64,000 nucleotides of DNA from Nitrospirota bacterium (GTDB taxonomy: Bacteria > Nitrospirota > UBA9217). The position numbers were made by a program, and so were the translations under genes. Shown piece after piece: positions 1-11,174 of this stretch. The notes beneath the pieces were generated by a model. That model did no database searches. It was not told the DNA's origin and saw nothing but the letters and a program-made list of their open reading frames with translations. The stretch lies in the NCBI GenBank assembly GCA_963751455.1, contig CAVVUN010000015.1, positions 864,001 to 928,000 of the forward strand, in the 5' to 3' direction. Position 1 is the stretch's first letter; every line of letters begins with the position of its first letter.

Positions 1-68
1 CATTCGAGGAAAAAAGAGAATAAAGGGGTTTCGTTTTTTCTGCAGGACCCCTGGAACGACTTTTTTCA

Positions 69-1517
69 ATGCTTATTGATAAAGTCAAAAAAACAATTGA
101 AAAGCATGGCATGACTGCTCCGGGGAACACGGTTCTCGTCGCCGTATCCGGCGGACCGGACTCGGTTTGCCTGCTGCGCGTACTTCACCGGCTGTCTGCG
201 TCACTTGGGATAAACCTTCATGTCGCTCATCTGGATCACATGTTCAGGGGGAAGGAATCGGCCGATGAGGCCTTATTTGTGGCTGAGCTCGCCAGGCAGC
301 TCGGCCTTCCCTCCACAATAGAGAAGATCGATGTACCCGCTTTCTGCAGAGTTCGAGGGCTGCCGGCTCAGGCAGGCGCGCGGGAAGTACGCTACGGCTT
401 TCTTTCCAGGGCAGCCGCGGAGGTTAAGGCGTCACGTATTGCTACCGGCCATACGGCCACTGACCAGGCAGAGACTTTTCTGATGCGGCTTCTGCGGGGC
501 GCGGGCCTCTCCGGGCTGTCCGGAATCCGGCCGATCCGGGAAAACATCATCAGACCGCTTATAGACACGACGAGGGAAGAGGTCGTGAAATATCTGCAGC
601 AGCGCGGACAACGGTACATGACCGACCCCTCCAACGAAAAGCCGCTCTATACCCGGAACAGAATCAGGCGCGATATCCTGCCTGTGCTCCGGCAGTTCAA
701 TCCCCGGATCGTGGAAACGCTCGCGGAAGAGGCGGCCTTGCTCAGGGATGAGAATGAAACCATCGACCAGTTGCTCTCACCGGTTTCAACAAAGGTCATT
801 ACGGGGGAAGATGATTGCGTCGTTCTTGACAGAGGGATCTTCAACGCGTTGTCGCCGGCATTCAAACGCAGGCTTCTCAGGCAGAGCATTAATATGCTCG
901 GTCTCGAATTCAGGGGGCTGTCTTTTATTCAGGTTGAGGAGGCGCTTGGCTTCATTGCTCAGGCGCAGACAGGAAGGACCATGAAGCTGCCCGGCGGCAT
1001 TTTTCTGGAGCGCGACTATGAAAAGATAGTTGTCGGCGTTATTTCCGGGGAATCGGGCTTTTCGCATGTTCTTGCTCTTCCCGGCGCAACGCTGATACCC
1101 GATCTTGACATAGTGATAGAAACCGTGATCTCCGAAGTGCCGATTAATCCCGCGATTATGAATCCCCCGGCTCCTGCCGGAGGGGGTTCGACCGAAACGG
1201 GAGACGAAAATTATTTCTGGCAGGCCCTGTTTGATTATGATAAGATAAAAAACCCGTTAATTATACGGACAAGGCTGCCGGGAGACCGATTCTGCCCTTC
1301 CGGGATGAACGGCAAGAGCAAGAAACTGCAGGATTATTTCGTGGATGAGAAAATAGCCAGGCGTAAACGAAACGCAGTGCCGCTGCTCGTTGCCGGACAG
1401 GACATCCTGTGGGCGATGGGTCTTCGGACGGATGAGCGGTTTTTACCGGACCCGCAAACGAAGAGCATGCTTATCGTTCGAGTGAGAAAGCAGTCAGAAA
1501 CAAATAATCCGCAGTAA
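69..1517 (+). CDS. tilS: tRNA(Ile)-lysidine synthetase
   Basis: PP-loop AVSGGPDS, HTATDQAET, DPSN and YTRNRIR motifs; C-terminal KKLQDYFVDEKI domain; tilS-hpt-ftsH synteny. Confidence 0.97.
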   Translation: MLIDKVKKTIEKHGMTAPGNTVLVAVSGGPDSVCLLRVLHRLSASLGINLHVAHLDHMFRGKESADEALFVAELARQLGLPSTIEKIDVPAFCRVRGLPAQAGAREVRYGFLSRAAAEVKASRIATGHTATDQAETFLMRLLRGAGLSGLSGIRPIRENIIRPLIDTTREEVVKYLQQRGQRYMTDPSNEKPLYTRNRIRRDILPVLRQFNPRIVETLAEEAALLRDENETIDQLLSPVSTKVITGEDDCVVLDRGIFNALSPAFKRRLLRQSINMLGLEFRGLSFIQVEEALGFIAQAQTGRTMKLPGGIFLERDYEKIVVGVISGESGFSHVLALPGATLIPDLDIVIETVISEVPINPAIMNPPAPAGGGSTETGDENYFWQALFDYDKIKNPLIIRTRLPGDRFCPSGMNGKSKKLQDYFVDEKIARRKRNAVPLLVAGQDILWAMGLRTDERFLPDPQTKSMLIVRVRKQSETNNPQ

Positions 1518-1545
1518 ATAGAGTCTGTTTTTAAATGTCCTTCTT

Positions 1546-1617
1546 CGTCATGCCGGACTTGATCCGGCATCCAGAAGGTTATGAAAAGACTGGATTCCAG
1601 CTTTCGCTGGAATGACG
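1546..1617. repeat. REP/MITE-like paired hairpin element (CGTCAT...ATGACG ends)
   Basis: Two hairpins tgccggacttgatccggca and ttccagctttcgctggaa in inverted arrangement; related copies at 22920-22951 and 42150-42228. Confidence 0.7.
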
Positions 1618-1702
1618 GTACATGATAAAATGGCAATTAAAATACACTAACTAGAGAAGCAGCATTCTATCCGTTTTTATTATCCGTCAGGAGGATACCT
1701 TT

Positions 1703-2245
1703 ATGGTAGGAATCGATTTCGGCAAACCGCTGTTTACGAGCGAAGAAATCCAGAGAAAGATCCACGAACTGGGCGCACGGATCTCCGCCGACTATGCGGA
1801 CAAGGACCTGCTCGTGGTCGGTGTGTTGAAGGGGGCTCTCTTTTTCATGTCAGACCTGCTCAGGTCCCTCAGGATATCCGTATGCATGGATTTCATCCAC
1901 TGCACAAGTTCCGCTTCGATGGACCGCGAGCACCCGGTACACATGATATCCGACCTGAAGGAAGATATAGCCGGAAAGCATGTTCTCCTGGTCGAGGATA
2001 TCATGGATTCCGGCGTGACCGTGGACTATCTCAAACGGATGCTCATAGAACGCCGGCCGGCTTCCCTCAAAGTCTGCGTTCTGCTTGACAAGCCGGATCG
2101 CAGAAAAGTGCCGATTGAAGCGGATTTTGCAGGCTTTCGCATCCCGAATAAATATGTTGTCGGATACGGACTGGACTACAAGGACCGTTACCGGAACCTG
2201 CCGTACATCGCTGTTCTCCCCGTTGAAGAGCGGAATACGCCGTGA
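1703..2245 (+). CDS. hpt: hypoxanthine phosphoribosyltransferase
   Basis: VGVLKG, PRPP-binding VLLVEDIMDSGVT, VVGYGLDY..YRNLPYI; GGAGG RBS. Confidence 0.93.
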   Translation: MVGIDFGKPLFTSEEIQRKIHELGARISADYADKDLLVVGVLKGALFFMSDLLRSLRISVCMDFIHCTSSASMDREHPVHMISDLKEDIAGKHVLLVEDIMDSGVTVDYLKRMLIERRPASLKVCVLLDKPDRRKVPIEADFAGFRIPNKYVVGYGLDYKDRYRNLPYIAVLPVEERNTP

Positions 2246-2362
2246 GGAACTGCCTGCCAGTGAATCACTGCGGGAGTACAAATCTGTTGTCACACCCTCG
2301 CTAATGTGCTATTATTACAAGACCACGCTTGTATTGGGCGCGGTCCAGGGAGGTTTCGATCA

Positions 2363-4162
2363 GTGAGTGCTTTCTACAAAAATCTTGCGCTGATTCTTCT
2401 GTTCGTGGTCGTATCAGTGCTTATCTTCAATCTTTTCAATCCGGTCAACCCGACCGCCGTACAGATTCCCTTCAGCGACGTCATGGACAAGATCGGCAAT
2501 AACGAGGTGAACGACGTCACGATCAAGGGCAACGAGATGTTCGGCAACTATAAAACCGGAAAGTCCTTTAAGACGAACCTTCCGGACTATCCGGACCTTG
2601 TAAGGGACCTCCGGACCAAGGGCGTAAAAATCAACGCCGAACCCGTAAAGGAATCTGCCTGGTATAATTTCCTGGTCGTCTGGGCGCCGCTCATCCTCAT
2701 GGCTCTCTGGTTCATGTTCATCATGCGCAACATGCAGGTGGGCGGGAACAAGGCCATGTCCTTCGGCAAGAGCAAGGCGAGGCTATTGAACGAAAGCTCG
2801 AAGAAAGTCACGTTCAATGAAGTGGCCGGTATGGACGAGGCGAAGGTCGAGGTGCAGGAGATCATCGAGATTCTGAAGGACCCCCAGAAATTCCAGAAGC
2901 TCGGCGGGAAGATCCCCAAGGGAGTGCTGCTCGTCGGCCCCCCCGGCACCGGAAAGACACTCCTGGCGCGTGCCATAGCAGGGGAAGCCGGGGTGCCTTT
3001 TCTTTCGATCAGCGGCTCCGATTTCGTCGAGATGTTCGTCGGTGTCGGCGCCTCCCGTGTACGCGATTTGTTTGAGCAGGGAAAGAAGAACGCTCCCTGC
3101 ATTATTTTTATCGACGAGATCGACGCAGTCGGCCGGCACCGGGGAGCAGGTCTGGGCGGCGGACATGATGAACGGGAACAGACGCTGAACCAGCTCCTGG
3201 TCGAAATGGACGGATTCGAGAGCAACGAGGGTGTTATCCTTGTGGCTGCGACCAATCGTCCCGACGTGCTCGATCCTGCGCTTCTGAGGCCGGGCAGATT
3301 TGACCGCATGGTTGTAATCCCGAGGCCTGACTTGAACGGCAGAATCGGAGTGCTCAAGGTGCATACGCAGAAAATCAAGCTTGCGCCGCACATTGACATC
3401 GAATCCATAGCCCGCGGCACGCCGGGCCTGTCCGGGGCAGAACTGGCCAACCTGGTGAACGAAGCAGCACTGCTCGCCGGCAGGATGGGCAAGACCCAGG
3501 TCGAAAACGACGACTTCGACCGCGCCAAGGACAAGATCCTCATGGGTCTCGAGCGCAAGAGCATGCTCATCAGCGACGACGAGAAGAAAAACACGGCATA
3601 TCACGAGGCCGGACATACTATGGTCGCCCGGCTGATTCCCGGAACCGATCCGGTGCATAAGGTTTCGATCATCCCTCGCGGTATGGCGCTTGGCGTTACG
3701 CTTCAACTTCCGACGGCCGACCGGTATTCATATGACCGGGAGCATTTGCTGAACAATATAGCGATATTGCTCGGCGGCAGGGCCGCGGAAGAGATCGCGC
3801 TTCAGCATATGACTACCGGGGCGGGCAACGACCTCGAACGGGCCACTACGCTTGCGCGGAAAATGGTCTGCGAATGGGGAATGAGTGATGCGATGGGGCC
3901 GCTGTCGTACGGCAAAAAGGAAGAGCAGATATTCCTCGGCCGCGAGATCGCGCAGCACCGCGATTACAGCGAGCACACCGCGGTCGAGATCGACACCGAA
4001 GTGAAACGCATCGTAATGGATAACTACCACCGGGCCAAGAGCCTCATCCAGGACCGCGTGACCGTGCTGCACGATCTTGCGAACTCCCTGCTCGAAAAAG
4101 AGACCCTCGACGCCGCCGACATAGACGCCATCGTAAATAACGGCCGGCCCGCGGTTGCTTAA
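2363..4162 (+). CDS. ftsH: ATP-dependent zinc metalloprotease FtsH
   Basis: Two N-terminal TM segments, Walker A GPPGTGKT, Walker [17 protein letters not shown]; GTG start at 2363 follows GGAGG. Confidence 0.98.
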   Translation: MSAFYKNLALILLFVVVSVLIFNLFNPVNPTAVQIPFSDVMDKIGNNEVNDVTIKGNEMFGNYKTGKSFKTNLPDYPDLVRDLRTKGVKINAEPVKESAWYNFLVVWAPLILMALWFMFIMRNMQVGGNKAMSFGKSKARLLNESSKKVTFNEVAGMDEAKVEVQEIIEILKDPQKFQKLGGKIPKGVLLVGPPGTGKTLLARAIAGEAGVPFLSISGSDFVEMFVGVGASRVRDLFEQGKKNAPCIIFIDEIDAVGRHRGAGLGGGHDEREQTLNQLLVEMDGFESNEGVILVAATNRPDVLDPALLRPGRFDRMVVIPRPDLNGRIGVLKVHTQKIKLAPHIDIESIARGTPGLSGAELANLVNEAALLAGRMGKTQVENDDFDRAKDKILMGLERKSMLISDDEKKNTAYHEAGHTMVARLIPGTDPVHKVSIIPRGMALGVTLQLPTADRYSYDREHLLNNIAILLGGRAAEEIALQHMTTGAGNDLERATTLARKMVCEWGMSDAMGPLSYGKKEEQIFLGREIAQHRDYSEHTAVEIDTEVKRIVMDNYHRAKSLIQDRVTVLHDLANSLLEKETLDAADIDAIVNNGRPAVA

Positions 4163-4173
4163 AGGAGGACGGC

Positions 4174-5322
4174 ATGGAGCCTGTCCTCCGGATTTCCCGT
4201 CACGGAGCGCTGATGATCACTTTCAACGGCGCTGATTCAGTGCAGACGGCAGCCATTCGCGATATTTTCCAATCAACCTGCGGGACCGGCACCATACCGG
4301 CCCCGCTTTCTTTTTCCCGCCCGGGAATACAATCAGAGCAATCCTCAGCTGCGCCGACCCTGACCGGTACGGTCCAGCAGCTTCAATCCTTTATTCACGC
4401 ATGTGTTGAAAAAGAAGTCTTTCCGCAGGCAACCTGTAAAAAAATAGAGTCTTTGCTTGACAACCATCTTCGCTCGGATTATAAAATTATCTGCAGGGGA
4501 AAAGTCCTCGAGCTCGGAACCCGTACGCACATCATGGGCGTCCTCAATGTAACGCCCGATTCCTTTTCGGACGGAGGGCTTTATTCCGACCCGGAGCGCG
4601 CCCTGGTTCATGCCGGGGAAATGGCTGCCGCAGGAGCGGATATCATCGATATCGGCGGCGAGTCAACCAGGCCCGGCGCACAGCCGTTGTCCCCGGAAGA
4701 GGAACTTCGGCGGATAATTCCGCTTATCGAACGCCTGTCCGGGGAGCTCGCGGTGCCCATCTCGGTAGATACCTATAAGTCTTCGGTTGCAGAAAGGGCG
4801 CTTCAGGCCGGGGCATCGATCGTGAACGATATCAGCGGACTCCGGTTCTCGCCGGATATGGCCGGCCTCGTGGCTGACTTTAATGCAGCCGTTATCATTA
4901 TGCATATCAAGGGCACGCCCCGGGACATGCAGCAAAACCCCTCGTATGAGGACGTGATAGCGAGAAATCCGGACTTATCTGGCGGAGGGGATGGCCATTG
5001 CCGAAAGGGCGGGCGTGGACCGGGAAAAGATTCTGATCGATCCGGGCATCGGCTTTGGCAAGACGCTCGAACACAACCTTACGATACTGAACCGGCTCGA
5101 AGAATTCCGGGCACTGGGCAGGCCGATCGTGCTCGGCACGTCGCGGAAGAAATTTATCGGCGACCGTCCTCGGTATCCCCATTCCCTGAGCAACGGATTG
5201 AGGGTACCGCGGCAACCGTGGCTCTCGGAATCGAGCGCGGCGCAAGCATAGTCCGCGTCCACGACGTCGCCCGCATGACCCAGGTGGCGCGGATGACGGA
5301 TGCGATATTGAAACAACGATAA
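4174..5322 (+). CDS. folP: dihydropteroate synthase with N-terminal extension; three apparent +1 indels between about 4960 and 5190
   Basis: MGVLNVTPDSFSDGG, IDIGGESTRPG; conserved IDPGIGFGK and GTSRKKF lie in an alternative frame (4991-5160); C-terminal IVRVHDV back in the first frame. Confidence 0.92.
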   Translation: MEPVLRISRHGALMITFNGADSVQTAAIRDIFQSTCGTGTIPAPLSFSRPGIQSEQSSAAPTLTGTVQQLQSFIHACVEKEVFPQATCKKIESLLDNHLRSDYKIICRGKVLELGTRTHIMGVLNVTPDSFSDGGLYSDPERALVHAGEMAAAGADIIDIGGESTRPGAQPLSPEEELRRIIPLIERLSGELAVPISVDTYKSSVAERALQAGASIVNDISGLRFSPDMAGLVADFNAAVIIMHIKGTPRDMQQNPSYEDVIARNPDLSGGGDGHCRKGGRGPGKDSDRSGHRLWQDARTQPYDTEPARRIPGTGQADRARHVAEEIYRRPSSVSPFPEQRIEGTAATVALGIERGASIVRVHDVARMTQVARMTDAILKQR

Positions 5323-5336
5323 GGCATAGAGGTTTG

Positions 5337-5470
5337 GACGCGGATAAACGCAGAAAAGTCGGATTAAACCTTTAGCATCCCCGAATTGGAAAGCGCTTGA
5401 AGCATTTCTTGGTTACTAAATCAAGGTTATTGTTTTTATCCGCGTTAATCTGCATTGATCCGTGTCCCGC
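5337..5470. repeat. 9-mer tandem inverted repeat element (cgcggataa / atccgcg type)
   Basis: ggacgcggataaacgcaga... on the left and ...atccgcgttaatctgcattgatccgtgtcc on the right; same family at 42283-42411, 46292-46377, 50330-50411, 59392-59551. Confidence 0.7.
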
Positions 5471-5481
5471 GTTTTGATTTT

Positions 5482-6277
5482 ATGCTCAACAACTTAACCG
5501 AAATACGCTCCGCCCTTGTTAATTACCGCTGGTTCAATGATACGGTAGACATCGCCCTGGTCTATTACATTTTTTACCGGTTGTTGCTCATCATCAAGGG
5601 GACCACGGGCCTTCCAGATGCTGATCGGCATCGGGATCATCGTCATCGCCCTGATCGCTTCCCGGGCGCTCGAAATTTACACGCTTGACTGGCTGATCCA
5701 CAGCTTCTGGTCCCAGATCGTACTTGCCATTGTGATCCTGTTCCAGCCCGAAATCAGGCGCGCGCTGGCGCAGGTGGGGGAGCGCCGTCTCTTCCGGTCC
5801 ATGTCGTTCGTAGAGGGATCGAAGTTCGTCGAGGAGGCGGTCAAAGCAGCCGTCTCCATGGCGAACAAACGCATAGGAGCGCTTATTGTGCTGGAGCGCG
5901 AGACCGATCTCTCGACGATCGTCGAGATGGGCACGGAACTCGATGCAAAAGTAACGAAAGAAATACTCGTCAGCATATTTCTTCCCTATTCACCGATTCA
6001 CGATGGTGCCGCCATTATCAGGACGGGAAGGATCGTGGCGGCCGGGTGCTTTCTGCCGCTTACCCTGTCATCGAATCTTTCCAAGAAGCTTGGAACCCGG
6101 CACCGGGCGGCTGTAGGGCTTACCGAAGAATCTGATGCAATCGTGGTCGTTGTTTCCGAAGAAACAGGTGAGATCTCGGTCGTATCGAATGGCGCGATCG
6201 AGCACAATGTAGATACACCGACACTCAGAAAAACTCTTTCCGACATTTTTGTAAAGAAAAAAGGCAGGAAGGCGTAG
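5482..6277 (+). CDS. cdaA: diadenylate cyclase CdaA (one apparent +1 indel near 5605)
   Basis: N-terminal DIALVYYIFY..IKGT joins AFQMLIG in another frame; FQPEIRRAL, HDGA and GTRHRAA catalytic motifs. Confidence 0.93.
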
Positions 6278-6316
6278 GATCTAAAAACCTTGCGGTATGG
6301 TCACGACGCATTCATT

Positions 6317-6970
6317 ATGGATCTTAAAAAATTACTATTTGACAACTGGGGCATAAAACTGATCTCGCTCGGATTGTCGCTCGCTCTCTGGTTCTATGTG
6401 ACCTCAACCGGCAAAACCGAGATGACGCTTATCGTGCCGCTCGAGCTGCAGAACATCCGTCCCGGCATGACCGTGGTGGGTGACGTGGCCGGCGCACTCG
6501 AAATACGGGTCCAGGGCCAGGAGCGAGTGCTCCGCGACTCGGCAATCGGTAAAAAAGTGGTGGCGGTCATTGACCTGTCGATGAGCCGGGAAGGAGAGAA
6601 TACGGTCCGCATCTCTCCGGACGATATCAAGCATCCGGCCGGGATGACCGTGACACATTTGTCCCTGCCGGAGATAAAAGTCAAACTGGAACGCCTTATG
6701 CGGAGGTCGTTCAGACTCACGCCGATCCTGCGCGGCGCCCCTGCGTCCGGGTATCGCTTGATCGAGACGAATGTTACGCCGACCAGGATTATGGTCGAAG
6801 GCGCAGCGAGCGTAATGAAGACGCTGAAAAAACTTGAGACCATGCCGATCGATATTCAGGGCGCGAGGGAAACCATAAACATCGAACCTAAAATCGATTA
6901 CCAGAGGCAGTCGATTAAGCTTCTGGAAAAGAAAATTACCGTACGGATCGGCATTGAAAGGATGAGGTGA
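6317..6970 (+). CDS. cdaR: CdaR/YbbR-domain regulator
   Basis: NWGIKLISLGLSLALWFYV anchor, two YbbR-like repeats, position between cdaA and glmM. Confidence 0.85.
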   Translation: MDLKKLLFDNWGIKLISLGLSLALWFYVTSTGKTEMTLIVPLELQNIRPGMTVVGDVAGALEIRVQGQERVLRDSAIGKKVVAVIDLSMSREGENTVRISPDDIKHPAGMTVTHLSLPEIKVKLERLMRRSFRLTPILRGAPASGYRLIETNVTPTRIMVEGAASVMKTLKKLETMPIDIQGARETINIEPKIDYQRQSIKLLEKKITVRIGIERMR

Positions 6971-6972
6971 GT

Positions 6973-7078
6973 ACTCAGGACAGCTGCTTCGGTGCAAGGT
7001 AAAGCTTAGACCCGCTGTCGTACCATCTCCTTGAGAAACAGGAGACGGGAATCATGGACCTCAGCAGAAGACCTGAGT
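6973..7078 (+). other. candidate structured RNA or rod-like palindrome upstream of glmM
   Basis: Nested complementary segments actcagg/cctgagt, ctgct/agcag, cccg/cggg, tctcct/aggaga. Confidence 0.35.
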
Positions 7079-7095
7079 CGTAAGAGGAGGAGATA

Positions 7096-8445
7096 ATGAA
7101 GAAACTTTTCGGAACGGACGGAGTACGCGGCGTCGCAAACCAGGACCCAATGACGTCCGAAATGGCCCTCCGCATCGGACGGGCGGCCGCGCATGTATTC
7201 CGCGATTCTTCCCGGCGGCATCGGGTTGTGATCGGCAAGGACACGAGGCTTTCGGGATACATGATCGAAAGCGCGCTGACATCGGGGCTCTGCTCAATGG
7301 GCGTGGATGTGCTGCTTGTCGGCCCCATGCCTACGCCCGGCATCGCTTTTCTCACCCGGAGTCTCAGGGCTGACGCGGGCGTCGTGATCTCCGCATCGCA
7401 TAACCCGTATGAAGACAACGGCATCAAATTTTTCGGCCGCGACGGATTCAAGCTGCCGGACGAGGTCGAGCGACGCATGGAGGAGCTCATCTTTTCGGGC
7501 GCCATCGATTCCATCCGGCCGACTGCCGCCGAAATAGGAAAGGCGTTCAGGATCGATGATGCGGTCGGCAGATACAATGAATTCGTAAAATCGTCCATTC
7601 CGCGCGGAATGGATTTCTCGGGCCTGCGGGCAGTCGTCGATTCAGCCAACGGCGCTGCGTATAAGATCGGGCCGAGCATACTGACCGAACTTGGTGCTGA
7701 GGTCATGTCGCTCTACGATCAGCCGACGGGCATGAACATCAACCAGGGGTGCGGCTCCCTGCACCCGGAAGTCATCTCCCGGGCCGTTACCGCGAACCGG
7801 GCAGATATCGGCATCGCCTTCGATGGAGACGCGGACCGCGTTATTCTGTGTGATGAAAAAGGCATCGAGATCGATGGCGACGCCGTTATGGCAATTTGCG
7901 CGCTGCAGATGATGAAAGAGGGCAGGCTCAAGCAGAACACCCTCGTCGCTACGGTCATGAGCAATCTCGGGCTGGAACTGGCGATGCAAAAGGCAGGCGG
8001 CAAACTTGTCCGCGCCGCTGTCGGCGACCGTTATGTCGTGGAAAAAATGGTGGAGGGTGGATACAACCTCGGCGGCGAGCAGTCCGGTCACATTATTTTC
8101 CTCGATAACAATACAACCGGTGACGGCCTTATCTCCGCACTTCAGATTCTGGCGGTAATGAAGCAAACCGGAAAAAAACTGTCAGACCTCGCCTCATGTA
8201 TGAAGACCTATCCCCAGACACTCGTCAATGTAAAGGTCAAAGCGAGGCATGAGTTGTCCTCGATTCCCGACATTGCGAACCGAATGGCCGAGATCGAGAA
8301 AAAGCTCGAAGGCACTGGCCGTCTTCTGGTCCGTTATTCCGGGACGGAGCCGAAAGTACGGGTCATGATCGAGGGTGAAGATAAGGGCGAAATCCAGGCG
8401 CTTGCAAACGGGCTCGCGGGAATCATAAGGGAGAAGCTGGGGTAG
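7096..8445 (+). CDS. glmM: phosphoglucosamine mutase
   Basis: [35 protein letters not shown]. Confidence 0.97.
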   Translation: MKKLFGTDGVRGVANQDPMTSEMALRIGRAAAHVFRDSSRRHRVVIGKDTRLSGYMIESALTSGLCSMGVDVLLVGPMPTPGIAFLTRSLRADAGVVISASHNPYEDNGIKFFGRDGFKLPDEVERRMEELIFSGAIDSIRPTAAEIGKAFRIDDAVGRYNEFVKSSIPRGMDFSGLRAVVDSANGAAYKIGPSILTELGAEVMSLYDQPTGMNINQGCGSLHPEVISRAVTANRADIGIAFDGDADRVILCDEKGIEIDGDAVMAICALQMMKEGRLKQNTLVATVMSNLGLELAMQKAGGKLVRAAVGDRYVVEKMVEGGYNLGGEQSGHIIFLDNNTTGDGLISALQILAVMKQTGKKLSDLASCMKTYPQTLVNVKVKARHELSSIPDIANRMAEIEKKLEGTGRLLVRYSGTEPKVRVMIEGEDKGEIQALANGLAGIIREKLG

Positions 8446-8465
8446 CCAAGCACCGGGAACGCAAA

Positions 8466-8560
8466 GACGATGGACGAGGGGCGATGGACGAACATTCCAG
8501 AGAGCCCGGATGCTGTCTTATGAATTACCGGGAACCCGATACAGGATGCATGATGCACGA
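8466..8560. repeat. 7-mer tandem repeats (ggacgat, gatgcat types)
   Basis: gacgatggacgaggggcgatggacgaa and gatacaggatgcatgatgcacgat. Confidence 0.55.
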
Positions 8561-8623
8561 TAACGGATAGCAGCTCGGAACTCTGGTATTCCTGCGATTC
8601 ACAATCCGGGACCCGAAATTCCT

Positions 8624-11174
8624 ATGCGGAAACCCATCGCGGTCATTACACTGGCGTATAGTGCAGGCCTTCTGCTCGGGCACGGGTTTCTCTACTTCCC
8701 GTATTCTCTCGGCGTCCTGCTTTTTTGCAGTGTCATCGCTTTAACAATTCTTATACGACTTGCCAGACTCTCTTTTCAGCGCTTCCTGCTTACACTCATT
8801 TTCTGCACAATCGGTATAGGCTGTTATGTCTACTCGGCAGTCTGGCTGCCTCCGCAGCACTATACCCGTGTTGTTTCCTTAGACAAGGCCATTCACAACG
8901 TAAGCGGTAAAATTATCTCGCCGCTGGATAGGGATCCGGACAGAACCGGTTTTGTTATAGAAGTTTCGGATATCGACGCCAGGACGGCGATGGGCAGGAT
9001 GCGGGTCAGCATTCGGGAAGCCGTACAATCGTTCGGGTATGGCGATGTGATCCGGCTTTCGGGAAAGATATATGAGCCGAGAGGCTACAATAACCCCGGA
9101 GGCTTTGATTACCCGGCATACCTTGCGAGAAGCGGCATTTATCGCACAGTCAGCGTAAAAAGTGGAGACCGGATACTGGTGCTGGCCGGGGGCAAAGGTA
9201 TTTTCAGAAGCATCCAGGATTGGCGGGAGAGCATTCGTCAGTCATTTCTCCATTTTACCACCGGCTCCGCATCGGCAATACTCCAGGCAATGGTCCTGGG
9301 GGAAGAAGGTTCCCTTACGGACGATCTGCGGGAAATTTTCCTGGCAGCGGGCGTAACGCATATAATCTCCATTTCCGGGTCCCATCTCGGCATGGTCGCA
9401 ATCCTGTGCTTCGGTTTTGTACGCCTGGTAATGCGTCTTCTGCCGGAACGGACGTACCACCTGATCACCCTTTACACCGAGCCGAGAAAAATAGCGGCGC
9501 TGCTCACGCTTCCGCTTCTTATTTTTTATACGCTCCTTGCCGGCGGACAGGTAGCAACAATCCGCTCCCTCATCATGATCGCCGTCGCGCTGGCGGCCCT
9601 GGTTCTCGATCGTGAGAACGCGCTGCTCTATTCGCTATTGTGCGCGGCATTGCTTATTCTCATTGCCGGGCCGCAGGCTCTCTTCGACATCTCCTTTCAG
9701 CTTTCGTTTATCTCGGTATTCAGCATCGCCTCTCTAGTCACGTTCTGGGCCGAGCTTGGGATCAAGACCCCAACTTTTTATTCTAAACTTATGAGCGCAG
9801 CCGTTCTCATGATTGCCGTATCCCTTGCCACAACCGTAACGACAGGGCCGGTTACGGCACATTATTTCAACCAGATTTCCTTTGCCGGAATTATTTCCAA
9901 CATGCTGATCGTGCCCTTTGCCGGGATGGTGGTAGTGCCGCTCGGACTGTTCTCGGGCATCCTCTCGCTTTCTCTTGATCACCTTCCCCTGGCATGGCTC
10001 AATCAGGCTGTTGCGGATTTATTCATCCGGACGGTCGCATTTTTTTCGCGGCTGCCGCTTGCACAGTTCCACCCGGCGTCGCCCGGCGTGCTGCTGCTCG
10101 TTTGTTACGGCGTTATTGTTATCTCTTCGGCGGTTCTTATCAGGGACCGGGTGCTGTATCACATTAAACCGCTTGAATATTCATCACGAAGTTCAAAAGG
10201 CTGGGTCAGCATTCTTGCTCTGTCGGGCTTAATAATTATTGCGATTGTCTCCGCGCGCTTCTTCATCACGAAGCAGAACATTGAGGTGAGCTTTCCGGAC
10301 GTGGGGCAGGGCGATTCGGAGCTGATAGAATTGCCTTCCGGCGCAAATATACTTATTGATGGAGGCGGCACCCATGACAACAGGTTCGATATCGGCAGAC
10401 ATGTTCTGGCTCCGTATCTCTGGAACCGCGGCATCAGGCGCCTTGACCTTGTTGTATTATCTCATCCGCAGGCAGATCATATGAACGGGCTCGTATATAT
10501 ATTAAAAAAATTCGATGTAGCGGAGGTCTGGCTGAACGGGCAGGAGAGCGATCGTTGGGGCTATCAGCGATTCATGACGGCAATCGCGAAAAGGAACATC
10601 ACGAAGAAAATCACTTCTGCTCATGATCCAGCGGTCCTGCTCGGCGGCGCCGAAGTTCGAGTGCTCCACCCCTCGGCCCCATTCCGCAGCCAGGACCGCA
10701 TGGGCCACGCAGTCGAGAACGACCGGTCGCTCGTGGTCCGGATCGATTACGAGGGGCATATGATGCTGTTTATGGGGGATATCGGCGTTAAGGCCGAGAA
10801 GGAACTGGTCAACTCAGGAGCAATTGTGAAATGCGACCTGATCAAGGTCCCGCACCATGGCAGTAAAAGCTTCGAGTTCGGAAGCCTTTGTTTCGGCAGC
10901 CGCACCCCGAGTAGCGGCGTTTACTGTGGGCGCGGGAAACCCGTTTCACCATCCGGCTGCTGAGATCGTTTCGAGGTATGAACGGCATGGAGCAGAAATA
11001 TGCCGTACAGACCGCCACGGCGCCTGTGTCGTTTCTTTCGGCAGTTCCGGCATGAGTGTGACGCGCTGGAAGGACAGGATGCTGAAGCGGATCGATCAGC
11101 ATACCGGAGCTTCCGCATGGGAGCAGGAACAGGAGAACATGAAGCGTCTGTGGCTCAGGAAATGGGAGCTTTGA
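8624..11174 (+). CDS. comEC: DNA uptake channel ComEC/Rec2 (apparent +1 indel near 10871)
   Basis: NPGGFDY, HIISISGSH competence domain, beta-lactamase-fold DVGQGD, SHPQADH, KVPHHGS; C-terminus GAGNPFHHP..RTD.HG in frame 10857-11174. Confidence 0.93.

Noticed and set aside
2587-3706. Long antisense ORFs over ftsH, and likewise over aroC, aspS, proS, fumarase and gsp genes
   Set aside because: Shadow frames of GC-rich conserved genes with no motifs or RBS
4955-5612. Programmed frameshifting or pseudogenes for folP and cdaA
   Set aside because: No slippery sequences; several single-base insertions clustered in otherwise intact genes point to sequencing error
6973-7078. glmS ribozyme, c-di-AMP riboswitch or SRP RNA
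   Set aside because: Hallmark conserved sequences of these families were not recognised; kept only as an unnamed candidate
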